DNA of 64,000 nucleotides, from contig NC_043020.1 in assembly GCF_006345805.1 (NCBI RefSeq), positions 12,090,001 to 12,154,000 on the forward strand, in the 5' to 3' direction. This document shows positions 12,790-24,849 of this stretch, one piece after another. This stretch comes from Octopus sinensis (taxonomy: Eukaryota). Under the pieces are notes generated by a model. It saw only the letters and a program-made list of their open reading frames with translations, searched no databases and was not told the DNA's origin. Within the stretch, counting starts at the first letter, position 1; the number at the start of each line of letters is the position of its first letter. Position numbers and translations under genes: made by a program.

Positions 12790-13300
12790 GTAGACTGATT
12801 TGTATTATATAATCTTCGAAGAGGCCTTATGATATTTTTGTAAATGTCTCATTTATATCTATATATTGACCTACCATAAAAGGCTAATATTGGTAAAATG
12901 AGACATACTTATCTACATGGCCGAAACAGCTGTAAGATGTAATCTATACTTATATTTATATTCTCTTTTATATATATTCTACTTATCATACATCATTACT
13001 CTTTTATGTACACTACTGTATGTACACTGATTTGTTCTGCTTTTTATATTTAACCCTACAGTCTCTTATGTGGTGATTTAATAAAGTATGTGATTGAGTA
13101 TTATCGTGTAATTGATATTTGATTTAGATGTATTTCTCCATTTTCTTATCTTATATTAGTAATTTGTGGTAAATCATTTTACCTTTGCCCATATAATACA
13201 GTAAATGAATTGATTGCATCGCATCATTAACATTTATGTATTAACTTGTTGGGTACTTCACTAGCAGTATATTGGATATACGTTATCCCATAGAGGGTTG
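12790..13300 (+). mobile_element. Penelope-like terminal repeat remnant with degenerate hammerhead
   Basis: tcgaaga-GGCC...GGCC-GAAAC-AGCT-GTA followed by AT-rich tail. Confidence 0.5.
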
Positions 13301-13323
13301 CATTTACAACCCCTATCTCAATT

Positions 13324-13368
<45 letters not shown>

Positions 13369-13378
13369 TACATGTATG

Positions 13379-13409
<31 letters not shown>

Positions 13410-13531
13410 CTATATATATATATATATATATGTTAATAAAGGTAATCATTAACAACTGCCTTCTTCGACAATTTGAACCCCTTTGCTCCTTATTTAATCA
13501 CCACCAGTGTAGTTTCTGTAAACTTATATCT

Positions 13532-13915
13532 GGAAGCACTCCGTCGGTTACGACGATGAGAGTTCCGGTTGATCCGAATCAACGGAACAGCCTGCTCGTG
13601 AAATTAACGTGTAAGTGGCTGAGCACTCCACAGACACGTGTACCCTTAACGTAGTTCTCGGGATTATTCAGCGTGACACAGCGAGTGACAAGGCCGGCCC
13701 TTTGAAATACAGGTACAACAGAAACAGGAAGTAAGAGTGAGAGAAAGTTGTGGTGAAAGAGTACAGCAGGGATCACCACCATCCCCTGCCGGAGCCTCGA
13801 GGAGCTTTAGGTGTTTTCGCTCAATAAACACTCACAACACCCGGTCTGGGAATCGAAACCGCGATCCTATGACCGCGAGTCCGCTGCCCTAACCACTGGG
13901 CCATTGCGCCTCCAC
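13532..13915 (-). mobile_element. SINE family A, full length, flanked by a >100-bp direct duplication
   Basis: Head gtggaggcgcaatggcccagtggttaggg...tttcgattcc on the - strand. Confidence 0.92.
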
Positions 13916-14496
13916 ATGTAATATATATATATATATATATATATATGTTAATAAAGGTAATCATTAACAACTGCCTTCTTCGACAATTTGAACCCCTTTG
14001 CTCCTTATTTAATCACCACCAGTGTAGTTTCTGTAAACTTATATCTACTGCTTTTATGTCTCAATTATGTGTGCACAGTCTTCTTTAGTGAGAAATTTAG
14101 TGAAAATGGTGTTGTTTCTCTTGACATCATCAGCAAATCAGTTGACTGTATTGGGTGTGTCGTGATTCTCATAAACTAAACTGCTTATTTTTAGGGTGTG
14201 CTGCTTCTATCTCTCACCTTGTAATAGATATTTCTTGACAGATCATAAGAATGTACTATCTATTGATATAGCTCTCTCTTTCTTTTTGATCCACACTCTG
14301 TCTACAATGGTACACTAAGTTTCACTCTTCCCTCTACCCATGAGAAATGACCTGATTGCTATCACCTCCACCACAGTGCACACCCTTTAGTTTTTTTCTA
14401 ACCTTCTGTAACCTAGGCATTTCTCACTAAACCCGTGTAGCCTCTTTGAATGATTGAGGGCTGGAACATATCCTCTAATGGAGTTATGGCTACAAA

Positions 14497-14830
14497 TCAT
14501 CATCATCATCATCGTTTAACGTCCGCTTTCCATGCTAGCATGGGTTGGACGGTTCAACTGGGGTCTGGGAAGCCAGAAGGCTGCACCAGGCCCAGTCTGA
14601 TCTGGCAGTGTTTCTGCAGCTGGATGCCCTTCTTAACGCCAACCGCTGCGTGAGTGTAGTGGGTGCATTTTACGTGCCACCAGCACAGGTGCCAGACGAG
14701 GCTGGCAACGGTCATGATCGGATGGTGCTTTTTACGTGCCACCGGCACGGAGGCCAATCAGGGTGGCGCTGGCTACGGCCGTGTTCGGATGGTTCACAGC
14801 TACAAATTCCATTGATGTTGATCGATTACG
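14497..14830 (-). mobile_element. SINE family D
   Basis: (CAT)n cgtttaacgtccg start and family body. Confidence 0.9.
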
Positions 14831-15098
14831 ATTTTGACCCCCATCCATATTAAGCACGCAATTACAATTGTCAGCGTTGCTACAAAGACTAGACCACATT
14901 GTTGTTGATGAGGTATCCCGGTGATCTCATGGCCTCAGCATAGCAAAAATTTGCATCATAATGACTGACCTTCCTCTTTGAGGTCAGAAAATATTTCATT
15001 TTTTAACTAAGTAACGCTTATAAAACTTGGGTATGATTCAAATCTGGTACAGCATTGCTATTACACATGGAGAGATACTAGACTATATTCCAAACAAA

Positions 15099-15331
15099 TG
15101 AGGCAATGAGCTGGCAGAAACGTTAGCGCTGGGCGAAATGCTTACCGGTAATTCGCCTGTCGTTACATTCTGAGTTCAAATTCCGCCGAGGTCAACTTTG
15201 CCTTTCATCCTTTCGGGGTCGATAAATAAAGTACCAGTTTCGCACTGGTGTCGATTTAATCGACTTAATCCCTTTGTCTGTGCTTGCTTGTCCCCTCTAT
15301 GTTTAGCCCCTTGTGGGTAGTACAGAAATAT
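15099..15331 (+). mobile_element. SINE family B, TSD tatattccaaacaaa
   Basis: 15-bp duplication on both sides. Confidence 0.88.
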
Positions 15332-16498
15332 ATATTCCAAACAAAGCCACCCAACTGATTAGCATTAAGTCTTTCACCAATATCCTGCAGCTTCTTTTCT
15401 CAGATTATGCTGCTGTCTCATGTCTCGGTTAACCACAGTAACGTTTGCTCATCAGAGCCAGTAGTCCTGATGCTAACTCCATTCAAGCTCTGCAGTCACA
15501 CTTGTCCTCCCTTCTCTCATCCTGTGCAGCTCTAGACCCTGCAATAACTACTTCATCCAGTGCTCTCTCCTAAGAAGATTTCCCTTCTATGCTAATATTT
15601 TCTGACATCCGAAAAGATGAAAGGCAAAGTCGACCATGGCAGAATTTGAACTCAGAATGTAAGGATGGACGGAATGTTGCTAAACATTTTGCCTGGTGTG
15701 CTAACGATTCTGCCAGCTTGCCACCTTAGAAAGGGAGTATTCCATCAGCACAGGCTGCAATAATGTGATTAATATGACAAGAAGTTATTAATCCAAGAGA
15801 TAAGAGATGGATGGGTTGATTTTTTTGTGATCTGCGGGTGGGATCTGGGTTGGAATGAAACCTGCAGGTATTAGAGGAAGGAGGTTTGACCAAGAGGTTT
15901 AGTTGTTTTTCTCTTTGCATCTCAGGGAAGTGTAAATAGCAATAAATAAACAATGCTGATTTTAAGAGTCTTGAAAGGCCTTTTATCCAGACCAAACCAA
16001 TTTGAGATTAAAAAAATATGTTAGTGACTTTGATAGTAGTTAAATATTTTTTTAAGGAAAAAAAAACTGGGATTTTTTCTTGAATTTCAGAATATGAAGA
16101 AGACATTGCAAGTGAGAACTGGCAACAGATATTAGTATTTAGGGAGGGTCGTTAATAACAGTTAGCTTAGAGGGGACATTGGGAACAGTTATTACTTTTT
16201 AGTGAGGGCGGTTGTAACAGTTATAAGTATTTGAAAAGGACAGCAACCAGTTATTTGCATGTTATGAGGACAGCAGTAATTATTTCAGATAGATAAGATT
16301 TATTATTGGGAGGGCAGGGAGAACTGTTATTTTTGTGACTCTGATAAGATGCAGTGCTGGCTACGTTATGGATATTAAACATTTATTTGTCGAGAACCTC
16401 AGTAATAAAAAGGATTTGTATTTTGAGCAATCACAAGGTTTCTACTTTAGTTCATGCTTAGCAGAGTGGGTAGGGGTGGGGAGTAATGATTTTGTAGT

Positions 16499-16790
16499 GT
16501 GATGGATGAAGAGGACAACAGAAGGAGAAGGAGAAGAAATACAAACAGGTCTTACCTCGGTGAAGATCAGGTCTCTTACCAATTCGACACGTCCAGTCGC
16601 TTCCTCGTCTATGGTCGAACTGCTCGCTTCCTCGATCGCCACACGTGCGTCCCGCTTGACCGCTTCCACTTCCCCGCGCACATGCGCCCTCCAGTCTTCC
16701 ACCGGCCCCTGCAAGCCCTACTTCCGCCCTCCTCATCTGTCGTCCTCTCCACTGACACCACAGATTTTATTTCTATGTGTGTGTGTGTGT
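16499..16790. other. GC-rich, possibly coding segment of unknown product and strand
   Basis: Sharp GC/CpG-rich island with strong 3-nt periodicity (C at third position of the 16499 + frame); two GTAAGA donors on the - strand. No recognised homology. Confidence 0.3.
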
Positions 16791-17108
16791 GTTTTGCTGT
16801 TGAAAGCATCAAGATTAACATGAACCAGTTGAAGGATGTTTTTGAAGGATGTTTTTGAGGTCTTCTCTGTTCATAGGGTCTGTGCTGGTTTGGTGTGAAT
16901 GGTCTCAGCTGCATGTGGATGATACTTGGGTGGGTGAAGGTTTTTCAAGTGAATGTCAGTATCATGTGTAAAAGAGATGGTCATTTTTGGATGTAATAAC
17001 AAGTTAGTGATTGATGTATGGAAGGAGTTAGTGGAGACAAAATTGACCTCTAGACTACATCAGAGTTGATATAATTCAGGACACAGAGAAAGAGAAAGGG
17101 AGTATTCC

Positions 17109-17321
17109 TTTTTACTAAAGACACAGGGCCTGAAATTTGGGGAGATGAGGCTAGTTGATTACATCGACCCCCCAGTGTTTCACTGGTATTTAAATTATCG
17201 ACTCCAAGAAGATGAAAGGCAAAGTTGACCTCGGCAGAATTTGAACTCAGAATGTAAGGATGGATGAAATGTTGACAAGCATTTTGCCAGGTGTGCTAAC
17301 GATTCTGCCAGCTTGCTACCC
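17109..17321 (-). mobile_element. Older SINE B relative, TSD agaaagggagtattcc
   Basis: 16-bp duplication at about 17093 and 17323. Confidence 0.8.
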
Positions 17322-17660
17322 TAGAAAGGGAGTATTCCATCAGCACAGGCTGCAATAATGTGATTAATATTACAAGAAGTTATTAATCCAAGAGATAAGA
17401 GATGGATGGGTTGAGTTTTTTGTGATCTGCGGGAGGGATCTGGGTTGGAATGAAACCTGCAGGTATTAGAGGAAGGAGGTTTGACCAAGAGGTTTAGTTG
17501 TTTTTCTCTTTGCATCTCAGGGAAGTGTAAATAGCAATGATGTTTTTATAGAACTTTCATATGTTAAACATAGTCAAATTTCTCTTGGGTAAGAGCCAAC
17601 ATGTGAATAGGTGGGTATTCATTTGATCTTGCTTTACTGTAGCTGTACTGGTGGTTATTA

Positions 17661-17897
17661 AGGGCGGCGAGCTGGCAGAAATGTTAGCACTCCGGGCGGA
17701 ATGCTTAGCGGTATTTTGTCTGTCGTTACGTTCTGAGTTCAAATTCCGCTGAGGTCGACTTTGCCTTTCACCCTTTCGGGGTCGATAAATTAAGTACCAG
17801 TTAGGCACTGGGGTCGATGTAATCGACTTAATCCGTTTGTCTGTCCTTGTTTGTCTTCTCTATGTTTAGCCCCTTGTGGGTAATAAAGAAATAGGTT
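17661..17897 (+). mobile_element. SINE family B, TSD ggttattaag
   Basis: Full-length match to the family. Confidence 0.9.
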
Positions 17898-17929
17898 ATT
17901 AAGGTGAGAGAGAGGGAGATGAGAGAGAG

Positions 17930-18490
17930 AGAGTTGGTTGCTGCTGTTGACTGTCCCCATTACCTTTGAGATAGTAATGTGATAGGATGATAATTAGCAG
18001 GGTCTGAGGGGATGGTCTTTTTGGGAATGGGACACATTATAGCACATTCCCGATGATGGGAATATATCCCTGTAGAGAGGTACAGATTTAAGGGTTTGCT
18101 AAGTATAGGAACTTGCTTTGGGGCTCATTGTTCTAAGGTAATGGAAGGGATATTTTTAGGGCTGGTGGTCCTGTTGGTATATATACCAGGTAGAGTTAAA
18201 GGGGTCAACTTAATCAAGAAATTTACCATGTATATGGCGTGTTAAGTTGATGCAAAGTGGAAAGCAAAGGTCCAGGCTTTCTCTGCCAGAGTCCTACTCA
18301 CAGAACCATTATGGTTGAGAAGTGGGGAAAAAGAGGATCCTACAAAAGTTAGCGGCAGATTCCTTTGGTAAGGAAACAATAAAGATCAGCAACAGTTTAA
18401 TAGCTCAGAGATCTTGAGGGCTTTGTGCTGCTCTGTGGCACTGAAGCATCCCTCATAGTTCAGAATGAATCTCTTGGGAGGTTTGAAGCA
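17930..18490 (-). mobile_element. Decayed Jockey/CR1-group LINE, RT N-terminal region
   Basis: VPILSKPLNLYLSTGI...CAIMCPIPKKTIPSDPANYHPITLLS, a degenerate PIPKKG..SDP.NYRPISLLS motif. Confidence 0.75.
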
Positions 18491-18663
18491 TTGAGTTTTT
18501 TGTGATCTGCGGGTGGGATCTGGGTTGGAATGAAACCTGCAGGTATTAGAGGAAGGAGGTTTGACCAAGAGGTTTTAGTTGTTTTTCTTTTTGCATCTCA
18601 GGGAAGTGTAAATGGCAATGATGTATTGAGAAGCCATGAGTATCCCCATACTTACAGCTTAGT

Positions 18664-18892
18664 TTAACCCTTTCGTTACTGTATTTATTTTGAGATGCTC
18701 TGTGTTTCTTTCAATTACTTTAAATATAACAAAGAATTTAATAAAATAACTTGGTTATCATCCAGCTAGTGTTAGGAGCATACATTTTGACTAAGGTTTG
18801 GTGGAAAATTTAAATTCAAAACTTAAGGAAACAAGACATTTGTACGACAGAGCCAGAGCCGGTTTCAGCCGGGTTGGTAACGAAAGGGTTAA
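18664..18892. mobile_element. piggyBac-type MITE family 1 (TTAA-CCCTTTCGTTAC TIR)
   Basis: TTAA on both sides; TIRs ccctttcgttac / gtaacgaaaggg. Confidence 0.9.
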
Positions 18893-19069
18893 AATCTTGC
18901 ATCAGAGCAACATCAGCTAAATCAGCTGTTCATTGGACAGATGATGGTTTTAAGCCAAGTAACACGACTTATACACCATTTATAACAGAATTGCATTAGG
19001 AAGTTAATCCATTAAAAAAAAATTACTTTTGAATTAATTCCATATTACTTTGGTGTGATATAGAGGCCC

Positions 19070-19673
19070 TTAACCCTTTTGTTACCAACCTGTCTGAAAC
19101 CAGCTCTGGCTCTGTAGTACAAATGTCTTGTTTTCATAAGTTCTGAATTAAAATCTTCCACCAAGCTTTAGTCACAATTTATGTTTCTAATACTAGCTTA
19201 AAGTTATTTTACTAAATATCTTTGTTATATTTAAAACTAGCAGTATCGCCCGGCGTTGCTCGGGTTTGTAAGGGAAGTAACTATACAGCATTTTTAGAGA
19301 GTTATAGCCAAAAAATAGCAAAAAAATGCATTAAAAATGGAAAAAATATGATGGTAAATTTTTTTTAAATCGTTGACTTATCGTAGACATTTTTAGAGAG
19401 TTACTTCCCTTTAAAAAAATATGCATGAAAATGGAAAAAAATGATGGTAAATTATTTTTAAAATCGTAGACGCGCACTAATACCCAGAAGGGCTCGATAT
19501 GAATCACGACTATAAGATACCCGGTTTTGGTTAAACTGCACCGCAAAATGTGGGAGTAGTTAGGAATCTAAATCGAAGGGGACAGACACTCACACAACTA
19601 CAGTTTTATATATAAAGATTAATTGAAAGAAACACAGAGCATCTCAAAATAAATACGGTAACGAAAGGGTTAA
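19070..19673. mobile_element. piggyBac MITE family 1 with nested Helitron-type element (19237-19618, - strand)
   Basis: TTAA TIRs; the insert matches 572-965. Confidence 0.88.
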
Positions 19674-19891
19674 ACATTGAGAATGGCAGTGATTCAACAG
19701 AATTGTTAGCATGTCAGTCGAAATGCTTGGCGGCATTTCTCTTGACTCTTTTACATTTTGAGTTCAAATCTCACTGAAGTCAACTTGGATCTAGTCTTTC
19801 TCATTTGCAAAATTAGCCCCACTTAATTTTGCTCAGATTGCTTTCAATTTTGGTGTATCGATGTGACTCTGAGTTTTGATTATGACTAACC

Positions 19892-20259
19892 TACTCTTTT
19901 ACTCTTTTACTTGTTTCAGTCATTTCGACTGCGGCCATGCTGGAGCACCGCCTTTAATCGAGCAACTCGACCCCGGGACTTATTCTTTTGTAAGCCCAGT
20001 ACTTATTCTATCGGTCTCTTTTGCCGAACCGCTAAGTAACAGGGACACACCAGCATCGGTTGTCAAGCAATGCGAGGGGGTGGGGGCAAACACAGACACA
20101 CAAACACACACATGCATAGATATATATATATACATATATACGACGGGCTTCATTTCAGTTTCCGTCTACCAAATCCACTCACAAGGCTTTGGTCGGCCCG
20201 AGGCTATAGAAGAAGACACTTGCCCAAGGTGCCACGCAGTGGGACTGAACCCTGCGCCT
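19892..20259 (-). mobile_element. SINE family C with an internal deletion in the head
   Basis: gggactgaacc joins directly to cctgcgcct. Confidence 0.88.
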
Positions 20260-20758
20260 TTATTTTGTAAATTAAAAAATCTGATGTTATTTGGAATTAA
20301 AGTTGGGAAATTTGGGTAATTTTAGCCAATCAACAGACAGCGTAGCATTAGCAGCTTGTTACCATGACAACTGCATGCTGTGTTGTGGTTCACTGTTGTC
20401 AGTGCAGCTGTTGTCTATGTTGATTTTTCACACTTAGTATTTTTACATATCTTTTCATTTCATATATTTTTGGGACTCATTGACTCAAATAGCTAGATTT
20501 ATGATTTCACTAGGTTAATTCTATTCATAAAAATTTTAATTAGGAGCATTTCTTAAACCGTCAGCTTCACATTTCAACAGCTTAACTGAAATTTAGCCCA
20601 CGTAACAGGAATTGAGAGGGATATTGTGGAACAGAGAAACTGTGGGTGATACAGATAATTTGACTTTATTTTTGAATTCTGCATGCAAAAACATATAAGA
20701 TACAGGTATTCTTTTCCTTGGGACAAATTCTTTGTTGACCATTGTTATTCTTATTGTA

Positions 20759-21141
20759 GTGGAGGCGCAATGGCCCAGTGGTTAGGGCAGCGGACTCGCA
20801 GTCGGAGGTTCGCAGTTTTGATTCCCAGACCAGGCGTTGTGAGTGTTTATTGAGCGAAAACACCTAAAGCTCCACGAGGCTCCGGCAGGGATGGTGGTGA
20901 TCTCTGCTGTACTCTTTCACCACAACTTTCTCTCACTCTTACTTCCTGTTTCTGTTGTACCTGTATTTCAAGGGGCCGGCCTTGTCACTCTCTGTGTCAC
21001 GCTGAATATCCCCGAGAACTACGTTAAGGGTGCACGTGTCTGTGGAGTGCTCAGCCACTTACACGTTAATTTCACGAGCAGGCTGTTCCGTTGATTTAGA
21101 TCAACCGGAACCCTCATCGTCGTTACCGACGGAGTGCTTCC
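20759..21141 (+). mobile_element. SINE family A, flanked by a tattcttattgta repeat
   Basis: Full-length family match. Confidence 0.92.
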
Positions 21142-21328
21142 TTTCCCTATTCTTATTGTATCCAAGCATGAAAATGTTACTCAACTTTGGAGTTTTGGAG
21201 ACAGAAGTCCCCTTTTCACACACACATGCACTTATATATTAATGATGTACATAAATACATGGCAGGTATACATAATACTGAAGTACGCATAAAGTAAACA
21301 CATCCAGACAAATATATTAATATAACAT

Positions 21329-21586
21329 CGTGCCGGTGGCACGTAAAAAGCACCATCCGATTGTGGCCGTTTGCCAGCCTCGTCTGGCACCTGTGCCAGT
21401 GGCACGTAAAAAGCACCCACTACACTCACGGAGTGGTTGGCGTTAGGAAGGGCATCCAGCCGTAGAAACTTTGCCGGATCAGACTGGGCCTGGTGCAGCC
21501 TTCTGGCTTCACAGACCCCAGTTGAACCGTCCAACCCATGCTAGCATGGAAAGCGGACACTAAACGACGATGATGATGATGATGAC
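21329..21586 (+). mobile_element. SINE family D
   Basis: Ends cggacactaaacgacgatgatgatgat. Confidence 0.9.
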
Positions 21587-21846
21587 AACCAATTTAAAAA
21601 AATGATAAAAACAGTAAGATGCTACATGTTGATTTTATTAGGTATTTCTGTTTATTTAGAAACCTACAATGTACAAGTTAGACACTAAACTATAAATTTC
21701 ACAGGCTACAACCTTAAAGTTAACACCGCTCCGCTAAACGCAGAAAATTTCTGTCTCGCTGTTGGCTAAAAATACCCAATTTTTTTCCCCCCGATTTTTA
21801 AACCTCTAACTTTTTTCTCCAATTTTTTTTCTCTCCATAACATCAT

Positions 21847-22083
21847 ATCTATTTCTTTACTACCCACAAGGGGCTAAACACAGAGAGGACAAACAAGGAC
21901 AGACACTCGGATTAAGTCGATTTTATCGACCCCAGTGTATAAACTGGTACTTATTTAATCGACCCCGAAAGGATGAAAGGCAAAGTCGACCTCGGCGGAA
22001 TTTGAACTCAGAACCTCGCGGCAGACGAAATACTGCTTAGCATTTCACCCGGCGTGCTAACGTTTCTGCCAGCTCGTCTCCTT
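21847..22083 (-). mobile_element. SINE family B
   Basis: Family match. Confidence 0.9.
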
Positions 22084-23672
22084 CAAAGTAACAACACTGG
22101 AAGGCTACATTATTATAGCCGATTTTCAAATTTTTTACTTCCTTTTAAAAAATGCATATTTTGCGAATGAAAAAAAACTAGATCCGTCAACTTTGCTTCC
22201 ATCCTTTCAGAGGTCAATAAAATAAAGTACCAGTCATGTACTAGGGTTGACGTAAATCGACTTGTTCCTTCGTCTTAAAATTGCTGGCTTTGAACTCTCA
22301 ACGGAGCGGGGACCGTTCAGCAGAGTAACCGACCTTGTTCCTTCGTCTTAAAATTGCTGGCCGTTCAGCAGAGTAACCGACCTTAGCAGTCCTAGGGCTT
22401 GGGACAATAATAAGAATAAATCGAGAATAAAATTCCAGTGGTACTCACCAGTTGAAAGGAACTGGTTATTAGAGTATCACCAATGAAGAGGCTTGTCCTT
22501 CTGACGTATAATTAATTTATTCACTGACAATCGTAAGAAATGGTTAAGATGTGACCTGACATTCGTTACACATTTGAGCATAGAAGAGATCTGTGGTTCC
22601 TATCAACCCTAACCCGACTAAACTCTGAAAATTGCAGCAAGCAAGTAAGTTTCTTATTATTAATGAGTCAAGAAGAAAGAGAAAGAAATTTTAGGTGTCT
22701 GGGAGTGAGGAATTGTAAAGAGTGTTTGTTGTCGGGGCCGGGTGGGGGAAACTGCTCCTACGTGTTAGTGTGGAAAACAAATATATATAATAAACTTGTA
22801 AAAAAAAACAAAACAAAAAAAAAAAGCTAAAAAAGCATCCCCCTCCTCTGATCCCAGAAAATCCCTATCTCGTTCAGCTGGTCCTGCGTTCAAGTAAGTT
22901 GGGCGTGTATAAATTCACGGGGTCTGCACGCGGTGCCCTAAAACCGGCAGCTTACGTAGTCGCGTGGGCCATACTTTGTTGCGCAGGCCTAGCAGTTTGT
23001 AGTAACCTCCATGTATTTTTTTTTTCAATAGACGTTGCAAGGCCGAGAAAATGACAGTTACATAAAAGCAACATGTGTTAGACACATTCGTATCGATCGA
23101 AACTTTGCCTCTTTTTCTCTTCTTTAAGATCCTTTCATCACTCGATAGCAGTTGTTAACGTGCTCCTGATGTTATCGTTAAGGTCAGTTCTGATTGACTG
23201 TAGACACTCCAGTCTGATCTTCGTATCTTGTTTTTTTTTTTTTACAGACTGTATATCTAAGACTACGTTATACGGAGGGAGGGTTCGCTCCTTTTTTTTT
23301 TTTCTTTTGTTAAAGACTAGGGTATGATTCGATTAAGGTTTGGCTGCTATTTCTAGCAGGTCGAGCTAACAGTTAAAAAGTGGAGTGGATGGTTAATGGC
23401 GTTTGAACGTGAAGTGTTATGGATCTGAACTGGGAGTTCAATCCACGTCAGCATCTGGTGAGTTCGTGTTACTTCTAAGGACAAAAAGAAAAAAAAAAGT
23501 AAGAAAAAAGCTCTCTCACACCTCAAATGCAATCCTTCTCTCTGCTTTGCCTTTTATCTTTTTTTTACTGGTTTTCGGTAGATTTAAAATGAACTGTCGT
23601 CAAGAATTCAAACATTTAAAAAAAAAAAAAACCGATCTTCTTTTAATGATAAAGACAACACACTAGTGTATA

Positions 23673-23815
23673 TAAGGTTGTCCCAAAAGTTCGTAGAAAG
23701 TCTTGGAAAACAATGGTCTTTATTTTGAGGAATAATTTTTGTTGTTTTTGTTAGTACTTGGCGAGTAGAAATTCAATTTTCGCAAGTGTTTACGAACTTT
23801 TTGGGACAACCTAAT
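23673..23815. mobile_element. mariner-type MITE
   Basis: TIRs aggttgtcccaaaagttcgta / tacgaactttttgggacaacct with TA flanks. Confidence 0.8.
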
Positions 23816-24849
23816 ATTTATGCCGAAATATAACCGTATTGATTGCTTTTTTCACTTTCATATTTACTTGTAAGTTTCATCGATATACATGCATACATAT
23901 ATATGTGTATGTGCTATCGTCTATAAGATATAGTTATAAATGTTATGATTTATATATATGGGGGGGCCAACGAATAAAAACAAGTAAAATGCGGTAAAAA
24001 TATATAAAAAAAAATGAGATGCATTTCAGAGTATAGGAAGACCACTTTAACTTGGATTAAACAATAAAGTTTGTTTTCTCGGTGGTCCGAAGTAAATAAG
24101 CCCCACCCTCCATCTTTTTCGTCCAAGTGTTTCGTACAGTGTTGTTTGTACACTCTATATCGGCATCATCGATTTTCGGAATGTACACAAAAGCCATGCG
24201 TCGTGGTGGTGGGAGAACACAGCTTATTTTTAACCTGTTACAAATATTTACAGAAAATACTTTAGTTTAACATCAATAATAAACGATAGGAGGTATATAA
24301 CTACAGATATGCCTTTCCTTTCCTTTCCCCACCAACCGATTATGTTTCCTCGTAGATTTCGGTAAACTGGATATTCTAAACTCGAATTCTCAACGAGTAC
24401 GTTCCAGATGGTGTAAGATCACTATTATATCGGAATTTGATTTGAAAAAAGTTAAATGCGGGGCTGGTGGTTGATAGATAAATACTTCATTCACCATCAA
24501 AATATATGGTGAAACAAAGTTGGCGTGTGTGAAATATCCCATTCCACTCCAGTTTTTTTAATTTTTTATATCAAATTACGACTTATTCGTGATCTACAGC
24601 ATCCGAAAAGTATTTGTAGAACATTTTATCCAAAAATATCTAGGTTTTCAGAGAGTTTTGGGGGAAAACGAATCACGGTATGTGAACTATCCGAAACTCC
24701 ACTTCACCTTTTCTCATCAAATTCCAATATACCCCTAATTTATACCCCTGGAAAACTTCATTACAAACAGTTGCAATTTTGAAAAAGTTAGAAAGAAACT
24801 AAGCCGGAGTGGTGGGTACGATAGTAAGAATTTTGTAATATATTTCTAT

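Larger units (their letters stand above)
13431..14950 (+). mobile_element. Decayed Jockey/CR1-group LINE reverse transcriptase
   Basis: KVIINNCLLRQFE..NHHQCSF and VVSLDIISKSVDCI resemble SKVMESIIN..QYGFR and VALDISKAFDRVW; many stops. Confidence 0.55.

Noticed and set aside
13579-13782. Recurrent ORF MVVIPAVLFHHNFLSLLL... (also 20843, 36535, 44076, 53350, 54771)
   Set aside because: Internal frame of SINE family A; its repetition reflects SINE copies.
22261-22385. A-x-B-A-B short duplication
   Set aside because: Small template-switch duplication in an old SINE tail; no sign of function.
22449-22582. - strand ORF MLKCVTNVRSHLNHFLRLSV... resembling a mitochondrial transit peptide
   Set aside because: Stops (TGA) before the donor, and the other frames are also closed, so it cannot be a coding first exon.
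22900-23030. TATA-like motif, GC-rich stretch and T-run suggesting a Pol III ncRNA
   Set aside because: No recognisable snRNA, vault, Y or 7SK motifs; insufficient support.
23380-23470. tRNA-like sequence with a GTGAGT donor
   Set aside because: Looks like a diverged SINE head and cannot be folded into a convincing cloverleaf; likewise none of the SINE heads were called as tRNA genes.
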